From Chthoniobacteraceae bacterium (GTDB lineage: Bacteria; Verrucomicrobiota; Verrucomicrobiia; Chthoniobacterales; Chthoniobacteraceae), in NCBI GenBank assembly GCA_947478975.1, contig CANJYI010000001.1:1-30980 (forward strand): a DNA stretch of 30,980 nt. The letters are read 5' to 3'. Made by a program: the position numbers and the translations under genes. Positions within the stretch are counted from its first letter, which is position 1; every line of letters starts with the position of its first letter. This document shows, piece by piece, positions 17,120 to 25,393 of the stretch. The notes beneath the pieces were generated by a model. It was not told the DNA's origin. It saw only the letters and a list, made by a program, of their open reading frames with translations, and ran no database searches.

Positions 17120-18258
17120 TCTCTAAGGCGGTTCCAGACGCGTTCCACTTTTTGACTGGCGGCCTCCACGGCCTCCATCGTAACGCTGCGTCCCATGGAG
17201 AATCGAATCGAACTGGCCGCGCGAGCGGGGGAGCGCCCCATTGCCTGTAAAACGTGGGACGGCTGCATGGACCCGACCATGCAGGCGGAACCGCTGGAGG
17301 CCCAGACCCCCTCCATGTCCAGGGCCATCAGCAAACTCTCCGCGTCAGATCCGGGAAATGTCACATTGACCGTATTCCAGAGGCGCCGCGCGAGCGTTCC
17401 GTTGAGCTCCACGCCTGCGCAGTTTTCCTTGATGCGGGTTTCCAGCAGATTGCGGAGTGGCTCGATGCGTTGAGCATCCGCGTCCATGCGTGAGATGGCC
17501 ACGCGGGCCGCGGCAGCCATTCCTGCAATGGCAGCGGCGTTTTCCGTGCCCGGCCGCCTCTGGGACTCCTGCGCCCCTCCGAGTTGGACTGGCTGGAGCG
17601 AGAGGCCGCCGCGCAGGTACAGCAGCCCGGCCCCCTTCGGACCGTAAAACTTGTGCGCGGCGATGCTGAGTGCGTCGAAGAGGGCAGTATTTAGCCGTTC
17701 CTTGCCAAAGGACTGCACTCCATCGCAGTGGAAGAGCACTCCGGCGGCGCGGCACACCCCGCTGAGTGCCTCCATCGGGTGGCAGACGCCGGTTTCGTTG
17801 TTGGCGCTCATAAGGGACACCAGAGTGGTGTCTGGGCGAAGCGCTGCCTGAAGGGTCTCCGGGCACAGTGTGCCGTCGGGTTCCACTCCGAGGCGGGTGA
17901 CCCTGAATCCCTCGTGCGCCTCCAGATAATCGAAGGCGTGTAGCACGGCGTGGTGCTCCGTCTGGCAGGTGACCAGGTGGCGGCCCTTGGAGGCGTACGC
18001 GCGGGCGAGGCCGAGGATGGCAAGGTTGTCGGATTCCGTGCCGGAGCCCGTAAAGATGAGCTCGTGGGAGCGGCAACCGAGCAACTCGGCGAGCGTGTCG
18101 CGGGAGGAGTCGATGACGGCGCGGCTCTGGCGTCCGGCGTGGTGGCTGGAGGAGGGGTTGCCGTGGTGCTCGCGCAGGCAGGGGAGCATCGCCTCGAGCG
18201 CCGCTTCATCCAGCGGGGTCGTCGCGTTCGCATCAAGGTCGATCATCGTGCGGAACAT
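17116..18258 (-). CDS. iscS: Cysteine desulfurase, class I (IscS/NifS family)
   Basis: DLDANATTP, GNPSS, AHKFYGPKG (PLP lysine), SSGSACM (class I catalytic Cys loop). The symbol indicates family only. Alternative ATG at 18246. Confidence 0.9.
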   Translation of the reverse strand: MFRTMIDLDANATTPLDEAALEAMLPCLREHHGNPSSSHHAGRQSRAVIDSSRDTLAELLGCRSHELIFTGSGTESDNLAILGLARAYASKGRHLVTCQTEHHAVLHAFDYLEAHEGFRVTRLGVEPDGTLCPETLQAALRPDTTLVSLMSANNETGVCHPMEALSGVCRAAGVLFHCDGVQSFGKERLNTALFDALSIAAHKFYGPKGAGLLYLRGGLSLQPVQLGGAQESQRRPGTENAAAIAGMAAAARVAISRMDADAQRIEPLRNLLETRIKENCAGVELNGTLARRLWNTVNVTFPGSDAESLLMALDMEGVWASSGSACMVGSMQPSHVLQAMGRSPARAASSIRFSMGRSVTMEAVEAASQKVERVWNRLRE

Positions 18259-18332
18259 GCCACCGTTCGGTTGGATTCGCCAACGGATTTGGCGATCCTT
18301 TTAGGGGGGAGGCGGGGCCACAAGGCCCGCTG

Positions 18333-19022
18333 CTAGCGCTCCCGCGCGATCCGCAGTTGGATTTGGCGCTGCAAAAGCCAGCGCACTGCAAACATGTCCA
18401 TTGTCGCGCGCAGGGCCCGGTTGCCAAACCCGTATTTGCTCACGCCTGCCACCCTAGGGCGGTGGTTTACAGGCAACTCCGTGATGCGATAGCCCATGCC
18501 CTTGATCAGGGCCGGGATGAAACGGTGCATGCCGTTGAAGGGGAGCAACGCCTCGCGGCATTCGCTGCGCAGCACCTTGAGGGTGCAACCGGTGTCGCGT
18601 ACCCCGTCCTTGGTGAAGCGCGAACGGATGGTGTTGGCCACGCGGGAGGTGAGCCTCTTGGAGAGCGTATCCTTCCGGTTGGCCCGGTAGCCGCACACCA
18701 AGTCAAAGCCACTGTCCAGAACCTCCAGCATTTTGGGAATATCCGCCGGATCGTTCTGCCGGTCCCCGTCCATGAGGACCAGAATGTTCCCCTTCGCGGC
18801 GTGGATGCCCGCGTACATGGCGCCGCTCTGACCAGTGTTGCGAGCCAGTTCCAGCACCCGGATCTCGGGCTGCACGGGAATTTTTTGAAGTGTCTGGTCC
18901 GTGGACTTGTCGTCAACGAGCACGATTTCGTAGGCACGCCCGGCGAGGGCCGCAGCTATTTCGGCGCACAAAGGTGCCACGTTTTCTTCTTCGTTATACA
19001 GTGGAATGACTACGGAAAGCAT
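18333..19022 (-). CDS. Glycosyltransferase family 2, polyprenol-phosphate sugar synthase-like (DPM1/ArnC-like)
   Basis: SVVIPLYNEEENV, VDDKSTD, MDGDRQNDP, DTGCTLK, MHRFIP, VNHRPRVAGVSKYG; lacks C-terminal TM helices. Confidence 0.9.
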   Translation of the reverse strand: MLSVVIPLYNEEENVAPLCAEIAAALAGRAYEIVLVDDKSTDQTLQKIPVQPEIRVLELARNTGQSGAMYAGIHAAKGNILVLMDGDRQNDPADIPKMLEVLDSGFDLVCGYRANRKDTLSKRLTSRVANTIRSRFTKDGVRDTGCTLKVLRSECREALLPFNGMHRFIPALIKGMGYRITELPVNHRPRVAGVSKYGFGNRALRATMDMFAVRWLLQRQIQLRIARER

Positions 19023-19133
19023 GAAAAGGGCAAGAGAAAGACCCCGACCATAAGAGCAGGTCCAGCGCTGAAACAGGCCAAAAGAGCTGAAATGACCTCC
19101 GCCCCCCCAAAAGCACCGCGCCTGGCGTCCCCG

Positions 19134-20738
19134 CTACAACGCGCGTCCGCGGTAGTTGGCGCACCGAAAAATGCGTAATTGCCGCAACCTGAATCCAAAG
19201 TGTTCGATGTCGACGCAGGCAATGAACTCGGTTTTTTCAAACCCTCCCGTGATGGCGCTCGGGGGCGCGTCGCCGCCGCTGTCTGTGATGAAAAGGGCGG
19301 TGCGGCCGTGGAAGGGGTTGATTCCGCCCTCCTCGGTGAATTGTGAATCGGGGTGGCGCTGACCGGGCTTCAGCGCGACGAACTCGTCGTACCTTGGCCA
19401 GAGGGAATACTGGTCCTCGATTGACTGGGATTCAGGGGTGTAAACGGGCGGGTGGTCCGGCCCCTCCTGCCTTGGGTCTTTAAGGTAGAATGCGATTTCG
19501 GATGCGAGGCCCCGCCCGTTGGCAATCAGGAAAACCGGCAAGCCCAACTCCTTTTCACTCGCCACCCGGACCCTCTCGACCGCCTCGGTCGCGGTGCGCC
19601 AGCCGCGGAGTTTTTTACTGGGGTCGCGCTTGTAGGGAAAGGGGATGCCCGCGTGCCGAAACAGGTCCACATTCAGCACCGCCACGCTCAGCAGCACACC
19701 AAGGGCCATGCCGATTCCCAAATAGCGACGCACCCACGCGGCCTGGCGCGCCCTTTCCGTCCAGTCTGCTGCGGCAAGCACCAGCAGCGAGATCATCGCG
19801 GGAGCCGTCCAGTTGGCCTCGCCCGCCTTCTTGAAAGAAAGCAGCAGGTACATCCCAAACAAGGGCAGGGTGAAGGCGAGTAGGAAACGCGGCTTGAAAT
19901 GGTCTCTGGCGCGGGGCAGTTCCCTGGTCAGGGTGCCGAGCATCGCCAGAAAAAGAAGCGGCGAATAGACAACCGCGTGCGCCCCCAAAAAGCTGAGGGC
20001 TTCTCCCGGCCGGATCTGAAACTCCGACTGGAAGCCGCCTCTTTGGGACACGTGGCTAAAGGTGATCCACAGGTGCTGTGCGTTCCACACCAGCGGGGGG
20101 ATCGTGAAGATCAAAAACACCAGAAACAGCATCCAGAAACCCGGCTGCCGGAAGTGGCGTCTGAGGCGAGGCCCTGAAAGCAGCAGGGCGATGATGGATA
20201 CCAGCTGCATCCCGTTGGTCCATTTGCACAGAAAACCCAGGCCGATCAGCAGGCCGGTAAACGGCCACCACATGCTCCAACCCGCCCCCGGTTCACCCTC
20301 CTCCCGGATGCCGGAATGTTCCAGCGCCAGCCAGAAGCTGTAAAGGCCTGCGGTCCAAAAAAAGATGGAGAGCGGGTCGATGGTCATCACCACGCTGCCC
20401 ACGTTGAGAATGGGCATGAGGTTGCATGCCACCAGCGCCCAGAGTGCCGCCCGCTCTGAAAACAGTCGTCTGGTGAAGAGGTACACCAGAATACTCGTCC
20501 CCAGCGACAGCAAGGGGCTCAGGAGCCGTACCCCTGCCTCGGTGGCGCCCAGCAGCATTGTCCCCAGGCGGATGGCGGCTGCAACCCCCGGCCCCTTACT
20601 GAAATAACAAAGGTCGGGACGAAGGCTCCACTGGTAATAGTAGGCCTCGTCCGGCGCCAGTTCTATGGAGGTCGTCAGCCACAAACGCAGGAGGGTGAGC
20701 AGGCCGAGCGAGAGGAAGATCCAGCGTTTAGAAGTCAT
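19134..20738 (-). CDS. ArnT/PMT-like (GT-C) polytopic glycosyltransferase
   Basis: DEAYYYQWS, YFSKGP, MTIDP, GLGFLCKW, PPLVWN pattern; many TM helices plus a C-terminal soluble domain. Confidence 0.85.
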   Translation of the reverse strand: MTSKRWIFLSLGLLTLLRLWLTTSIELAPDEAYYYQWSLRPDLCYFSKGPGVAAAIRLGTMLLGATEAGVRLLSPLLSLGTSILVYLFTRRLFSERAALWALVACNLMPILNVGSVVMTIDPLSIFFWTAGLYSFWLALEHSGIREEGEPGAGWSMWWPFTGLLIGLGFLCKWTNGMQLVSIIALLLSGPRLRRHFRQPGFWMLFLVFLIFTIPPLVWNAQHLWITFSHVSQRGGFQSEFQIRPGEALSFLGAHAVVYSPLLFLAMLGTLTRELPRARDHFKPRFLLAFTLPLFGMYLLLSFKKAGEANWTAPAMISLLVLAAADWTERARQAAWVRRYLGIGMALGVLLSVAVLNVDLFRHAGIPFPYKRDPSKKLRGWRTATEAVERVRVASEKELGLPVFLIANGRGLASEIAFYLKDPRQEGPDHPPVYTPESQSIEDQYSLWPRYDEFVALKPGQRHPDSQFTEEGGINPFHGRTALFITDSGGDAPPSAITGGFEKTEFIACVDIEHFGFRLRQLRIFRCANYRGRAL

Positions 20739-20755
20739 TAAAGAGAAAAATACGC

Positions 20756-21442
20756 TCAGAGCGTTTCGCGCTTATTATCGGAGCTCGGCACGGGAAAAAG
20801 GGGAAAAATCAGCGTGGGGCTGCGTGCTGTCCACCGGGGGCGCCGCCGGGTCAGGGGGCCTCTCCAGAAGCATTCGCACCCCCAGAGCAGCAGCAGGCTG
20901 AAGGGAACTCCCAGCAGCAAAGAAGCGAGGACGTCGCTGGGCCAGTGTGCGCCTGTGTAGACACGCGACCAGGCCATGAGCAGCGGCAGCAGGAGCCAAC
21001 CGGACCACCGCAGAAAAGCCCACAGCACCACGCCCAGCACAGTCGAATTAAGCACATGCGCCGAGGGAAAAGAGCGCCTCATTTTGTCGTGAGGATCCGG
21101 AGTGCCGGACCGGCCGATTTGCATCGGGTAGGCTAGCGAAAGAAGCTTCGGGCGCACGCCTGCCAAATCCACCCGGCGGACCCCCTCCATGGCCTGGTGG
21201 GGGCGTGCCCTGTGGGTTAGTTTTTTGAGCGGTTGGGCGATGCATGACTCGTTGAGGCCGACGCCTAGCAGGCAAATTACGATGCACGCGGCCCCTCGAA
21301 TCCGCTGTTTCCAAGTCAGAAAACCCGCCCCCAGCACCAGCAATGGAATCCAGAAGTCCATGCTCGAGAGGGTCCCGAGCAGACGGTCCAAAAACGGGTG
21401 CGTCCATTGCTGGTTGAGGAGAAAAAGAAGATGCTGGTCCAT
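20756..21442 (-). CDS. PAP2-family lipid phosphatase
   Basis: C1 KKLTHRARP, C2 SFPSAH, C3 SRVYTGAHWPSDV; hydrophobic segments. Confidence 0.9.
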   Translation of the reverse strand: MDQHLLFLLNQQWTHPFLDRLLGTLSSMDFWIPLLVLGAGFLTWKQRIRGAACIVICLLGVGLNESCIAQPLKKLTHRARPHQAMEGVRRVDLAGVRPKLLSLAYPMQIGRSGTPDPHDKMRRSFPSAHVLNSTVLGVVLWAFLRWSGWLLLPLLMAWSRVYTGAHWPSDVLASLLLGVPFSLLLLWGCECFWRGPLTRRRPRWTARSPTLIFPLFPVPSSDNKRETL

Positions 21443-21468
21443 CAGGATCGTGTGAGAGTGGAGACTTT

Positions 21469-22329
21469 ATGAGCCAAGACTCCTGCGGGAAAATGAAATC
21501 CACCCCATTTCTGCCGACTCCCTTGCCCGGCCTCCTTTCCTTCGGGCGGGCCGGTCGGTTGAGTAGGCGGCATTTCCGCACGGCGCACGGGGTGCTGTTC
21601 GGACTGGTTCTCTGGGGACTGGGCGGCGGCCTCGGGCTGGTCGCCGCGCCCCAGAGCTCCGACAAGACCGGCGTTCAGTCTGTAGAGGGGGGGCCGGATC
21701 CTCTGGCGGTGTTGCGCGGAGTCCGCGAGTCCCAGGCGGCGATTCAGCAAACCCTTCAGGGAAAATTGCGGATGGGGTCTCGAAAACTTCCGTACCGGAT
21801 GGTGATGAACGGAGGGGACTTGCGGTTTGAATTTCCAGAGGCGCAGGCGCCTGACCCCCAGGTGGTCACCCTTTCCTTTGGCAGCAAGGACGCCTCTGTA
21901 CAGGTGCAGTCCACCGCAGGTGCCGTAAAGAAGGCTCAATTTGCGGATGAAATCGCAGGAATGGGGGTGTTGTACGAAGACCTCGCCATGCGTTTCCTCT
22001 ACTGGACCGAGGCCGAACTGGAAGGGGAGGAACGCCTGATGCCGCCGCTTTATTTGCGCTGCTGGAAAATCCGGGTGCACCGTCCCAACGGGGTGCGTTC
22101 AGTCTACAAGGAGGTGGTGGTTTGGGTGAGTCAGGACAACGGCGGCATCTTAAAGAGCGAGGCCTACGACGACGCGGGCACGTTGATTCGCCGACTCAAA
22201 GTCGTCTCGATTCAGGGTATGGATCAGGGAACCACCCTCAAACAGATGCGGATCGAGTCGCCCCAGAAGGGCGGCGCCTTTGTCTATCTGGACGTGGACG
22301 GCAATCCGGCGGTGAAGGTGTCCAAGTAG
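21469..22329 (+). CDS. Exported protein, probable LolA-like 'outer membrane lipoprotein-sorting' family
   Basis: Hydrophobic signal-like segment, EDLAMRFLYW, and beta-rich C-terminus (VVVWVSQDNGGILKSEAYD...LIRRLKV). Start uncertain (ATG 21493 possible). Confidence 0.55.
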   Translation: MSQDSCGKMKSTPFLPTPLPGLLSFGRAGRLSRRHFRTAHGVLFGLVLWGLGGGLGLVAAPQSSDKTGVQSVEGGPDPLAVLRGVRESQAAIQQTLQGKLRMGSRKLPYRMVMNGGDLRFEFPEAQAPDPQVVTLSFGSKDASVQVQSTAGAVKKAQFADEIAGMGVLYEDLAMRFLYWTEAELEGEERLMPPLYLRCWKIRVHRPNGVRSVYKEVVVWVSQDNGGILKSEAYDDAGTLIRRLKVVSIQGMDQGTTLKQMRIESPQKGGAFVYLDVDGNPAVKVSK

Positions 22330-22415
22330 TTTCTCCGCTTCTTCGGCGTTGAAGGGAGTGACATCCCCTAGGGAATGGGCTCAAGTCGCCCCTTCCTCAC
22401 CTTCTGCGCCCCCTC

Positions 22416-23315
22416 ATGCTGCCTTCCGTTTTCGCCACCTTTCTTTTTTCGGCCTCTGTTCTTTTTGCCTCCCGTTCAGCAAAGCTGTTGGGCTCCATGC
22501 AGGCCAACGTTTCGCGCCTGCTGCTGGCCATGGTGTTGCTGGGCATCTGGGCCCATGGTTTTGGCGGGGGCTGGCGGGGGCCGGCGCTCCCCTGGTTTTT
22601 ACTCAGTGGAATCATCGGGTTCGGCCTTGGGGACATGGCGCTCTTCGGAGCGCTTCCCCGGATCGGGCCCCGGTTGGCCATTCTATTGACGCAGTGCCTG
22701 GGGGCTCCGATAGCGGGGGTGGCCGAATATTTCCTGCTGGGCACGCGCATCAGCGGCTTGGAAGCCGCCTTTGGAGTGCTGATTCTGGCAGGGGTGGCGC
22801 TGGCGCTGGCTCCGGACACCAAGCAGGAGGTGGATAAGTCCACGTTCCGGGTGGGGGTTTTGTTTGGGATTGGCTCAGCGCTGGGGCAGGGGCTGGGGGC
22901 GGTGTTTTCGAGGATGGCCAACGCGGTGGCCCAGCAACATGGAGTCGCCGTGGACGGAGGGACTGCCGCCTACCAGCGCATCACGGCGGGAGTGGTGCTG
23001 ACGCTGTTGTTCTGGCTGGTGCTCAAGCGCACCGGGCACATCAAGGAGGCGCTGCATCCCCGTCCGACGTGGAAGGCGGCTTCGTGGCTCGTCGTGGGCA
23101 ACGCCCTTTCGGGGCCTAGCCTGGGGGTGGCCTCCTTCCAGTGGGCGCTACGCACCTCGCCCAGCGCGTTGGTCTTGCCCATCGTGGCTACCTCCCCTCT
23201 GGTGACCATGGCGCTTGCCTGGTGGACGGAGGGGACCCTGCCCAAGCGGCGTGCCATTCTCGGGGGTGTCCTGGCCGTGGCGGGGGCTGCCGGTCTCGCT
23301 TGGGCAAGGCATTGA
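22416..23315 (+). CDS. DMT/EamA family transporter
   Basis: About 10 TM segments in two repeats; SGIIGFGLGD...ALPRIG and IVATSPL motifs. Confidence 0.88.
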   Translation: MLPSVFATFLFSASVLFASRSAKLLGSMQANVSRLLLAMVLLGIWAHGFGGGWRGPALPWFLLSGIIGFGLGDMALFGALPRIGPRLAILLTQCLGAPIAGVAEYFLLGTRISGLEAAFGVLILAGVALALAPDTKQEVDKSTFRVGVLFGIGSALGQGLGAVFSRMANAVAQQHGVAVDGGTAAYQRITAGVVLTLLFWLVLKRTGHIKEALHPRPTWKAASWLVVGNALSGPSLGVASFQWALRTSPSALVLPIVATSPLVTMALAWWTEGTLPKRRAILGGVLAVAGAAGLAWARH

Positions 23316-23376
23316 GTCGGCCGAGGCGAGCTTTGCTGGCGCAGCGGCTCCCCAGGCCAGCAGAAATGCGAACAAC

Positions 23377-23411
23377 AAAAAGCCAGAGCACCCGGGGGCG
23401 TCTGGCTTTTG
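23377..23411. terminator. Probable bidirectional intrinsic terminator
   Basis: AAAAGCCAGA (23378-23387) pairs with TCTGGCTTTT (23401-23410) around a GC-rich core; T-runs on both strands; lies between convergent genes. Confidence 0.75.
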
Positions 23412-23445
23412 AATGAGAAAACCGGAATTGGAACCGGTGTGAAGA

Positions 23446-23568
23446 CTACTTCTTGAAGCCCTTCACGTTCTTGCCTGCCGTCGGCTGGGAAGTGGGCTTG
23501 GAGTCCTTGGCGCATGCACCGAGACCGAATGCAACCGCCACCAGAGTCATAAAAGCAATTTGTTTCAT
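23446..23568 (-). CDS. Small lipoprotein (40 aa; about 22 aa mature)
   Basis: MKQIAFMTLVAVAFGLGAC: basic N-terminus, hydrophobic core, lipobox LGAC. SD-like AAGGA upstream of ATG 23568; terminator downstream. Confidence 0.8.
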   Translation of the reverse strand: MKQIAFMTLVAVAFGLGACAKDSKPTSQPTAGKNVKGFKK

Positions 23569-23651
23569 AGTATTGTATTCCTTTTTTTGTTTCGCCAAAA
23601 CAGCGAAGCTCGGTTTTTTAGGGGATGAATCGCGGGAAAACAAACACTTTT

Positions 23652-24113
23652 TTAGTGTGTTTCCTCATCTGAAATCCAAACGGGCGTTCCCACCTCAACG
23701 CGGGTAAATAAATCGACCACGTCCGCGTTGCTCATCCGCACGCAACCGTGACTCGCCGGAGTGCCTAAATTGCTCTCCGCATTGGTTCCATGGATGTAAA
23801 TGTAGCGGGAGTGGGTGTTGGCGTTTTCCTCCGAAAGCCCTGTCAGCCAAAGGATCCGCGTCTGCACGTGGTCTGTGGGATCGTCCTCTGTACCAAAGGT
23901 TCCCGTGGCTGTCCTCGAGACAAAAACTTCGCCCTCCGGCGCGCCGTCTCCCCACTTGGATTCCACTGCGAAGGCGCCGGTGGGTGTTTTCTGGCTTCCC
24001 GGCTCGAAGCCGGTGCCAAACTTGGAGGTCGAGACCACATAGCGCCTGGCCAGTGCGCCCGAGGGGTCCAATAAGTCGAGGGTTTGGGTGGCAATGTGAA
24101 CGCGGATTTGCAT
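23652..24113 (-). CDS. L,D-transpeptidase (YkuD domain), no signal peptide
   Basis: YIYIHGT...ASHGCVRMSN catalytic His/Cys motif. An in-frame TAA at 24132-24134 precludes a longer N-terminus. Confidence 0.9.
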   Translation of the reverse strand: MQIRVHIATQTLDLLDPSGALARRYVVSTSKFGTGFEPGSQKTPTGAFAVESKWGDGAPEGEVFVSRTATGTFGTEDDPTDHVQTRILWLTGLSEENANTHSRYIYIHGTNAESNLGTPASHGCVRMSNADVVDLFTRVEVGTPVWISDEETH

Positions 24114-24129
24114 TTCAGGGGGCGGTCTG

Positions 24130-24138
24130 TGTTAGGTT
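24130..24138 (+). promoter_or_regulatory. Candidate extended -10 promoter (TG-T-TAGGTT) for asd
   Basis: TGnTAnnnT ending 9 nt before the asd ATG; the divergent gap is only 34 bp. Confidence 0.35.
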
Positions 24139-24147
24139 CAGGTCTTT

Positions 24148-25146
24148 ATGAGCCGGAATTTGCATGTCGCTGTCGTCGGGGCCTCGGGGGCCGTGGGTGT
24201 GGAAATCTTGAATGTTCTCGAACGCAGGAATTTTCCCGTCTCCAAGCTGTCTCTTTTGGCCTCTGCGCGTTCGGCTGGCAAACATTTGCCGTTCCGGGGG
24301 GAGCAAGTCTTGGTTGAGGAACTGCGGGAGGATTCCTTTGCTGGGGTGGATCTGGCGCTCTTCAGTGCGGGCGGTTCGATCTCAAAGGCATTCGCGCCCG
24401 CTGCGGTGCAGGCCGGGGCGGTGGTCGTGGACAACTCCAGTGCCTTCCGGATGGACGCGCACGTGCCGCTGGTGGTTCCCGAAGTCAACGCGGCCGACAT
24501 CGCCCTCAACCGTGGGATCATTGCCAACCCCAACTGCACGACGGCCATCACCTTGATGGCCCTTTGGCCGCTCCACCAGGCTTTCGGAGTGCGGCGCGTA
24601 TTTGCTTCCAGCTACCAGGCGGTCTCTGGCACCGGAGCCCAGGCCATTGAAGAGCTGCGCACCCAGGTGGATGCCACCGTAAACGGACGTCCCGTGGAGT
24701 CGCGCGTCTACCCGCACCAGATCGCTTTCAACGTCCTGCCGCACGTGGACGGGTTTCTGGATTCGGGCTACACCAAGGAGGAAATGAAGATGCAAAATGA
24801 AGGGCGCCGGATCATGCATCATCCCGGCTTTCTGGCATCCGTCACCTGCGTGCGGGTGCCCGTGTACCGCGCCCATTCGGTGGCCGTGAGCGCCGAGTTT
24901 GAGCGCCCCGTTTCCTTGGAGCAGGCGCGTGCCGTCCTTTCAAACTTTCCCGGTTTGCGCTTGGTGGATGATCCCAGCACCAACACCTATCCGTTGCCCT
25001 TGCAGGTCGCCGGCCATGATGACTGCCAGGTGGGCAGGCTCCGGCTGGACTGCGCGCTCGAAAACGGCCTGTCCTTCTGGGTGGTTGGGGATCAGCTCCT
25101 CAAAGGAGCCGCTCTGAACGCCGTTCAGATCGCAGAGCACATTTAA
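24148..25146 (+). CDS. asd: Aspartate-semialdehyde dehydrogenase
   Basis: VVGASGAVG, VDNSSAFRM, IIANPNCTT (catalytic Cys), YQAVSGTG, RVPVYRAHS, DQLLKGAALNAVQIAE. Confidence 0.97.
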   Translation: MSRNLHVAVVGASGAVGVEILNVLERRNFPVSKLSLLASARSAGKHLPFRGEQVLVEELREDSFAGVDLALFSAGGSISKAFAPAAVQAGAVVVDNSSAFRMDAHVPLVVPEVNAADIALNRGIIANPNCTTAITLMALWPLHQAFGVRRVFASSYQAVSGTGAQAIEELRTQVDATVNGRPVESRVYPHQIAFNVLPHVDGFLDSGYTKEEMKMQNEGRRIMHHPGFLASVTCVRVPVYRAHSVAVSAEFERPVSLEQARAVLSNFPGLRLVDDPSTNTYPLPLQVAGHDDCQVGRLRLDCALENGLSFWVVGDQLLKGAALNAVQIAEHI

Positions 25147-25227
25147 GACTAAACTCTTTTTACGCCATTGGAGGGCGTGTTCACGGGTGGGTGACTTTTC
25201 GCTGACTCCTTAGGGAACGGGAAGTGA

Positions 25228-25302
25228 TCCGCAGATGACTCAGATGTTCACAGATGCTGGCTGCTGTTTATTCTCATCTGCTCAATCTGTGAAATATGCG
25301 GA
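25228..25302. repeat. Modular CAGAT inverted-repeat element
   Basis: Left arm TCCGCAGAT-GACTCAGAT-GTTCACAGATG (25228-25256). The right arm read on the minus strand is TCCGCATAT-TTCACAGAT-TGAGCAGATG (25302-25275). Confidence 0.65.
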
Positions 25303-25326
25303 GGTGTCTCTGCATGAGATATTTCT

Positions 25327-25345
25327 GATCTTCATTTAGAAGATC
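25327..25345. other. Intergenic hairpin between convergent asd and nucleotidyltransferase genes
   Basis: GATCTTC-ATTTA-GAAGATC perfect 7-bp stem; no clear U-tract, so terminator function is unproven. Confidence 0.35.
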
Positions 25346-25393
25346 CGCGAGTTTGCGTTCCCGAACGCGGGTCTAATTGACCGGAAACTTCCC

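Noticed and set aside
23569-23643. Longer 65-aa version of the small lipoprotein
   Set aside because: The signal peptide and SD-like AAGGA fit ATG 23568; the extension would bury the signal peptide.
25228-25302. CRISPR interpretation of the CAGAT repeats
   Set aside because: Units are 9-10 nt with no unique spacers, and no cas genes are present.
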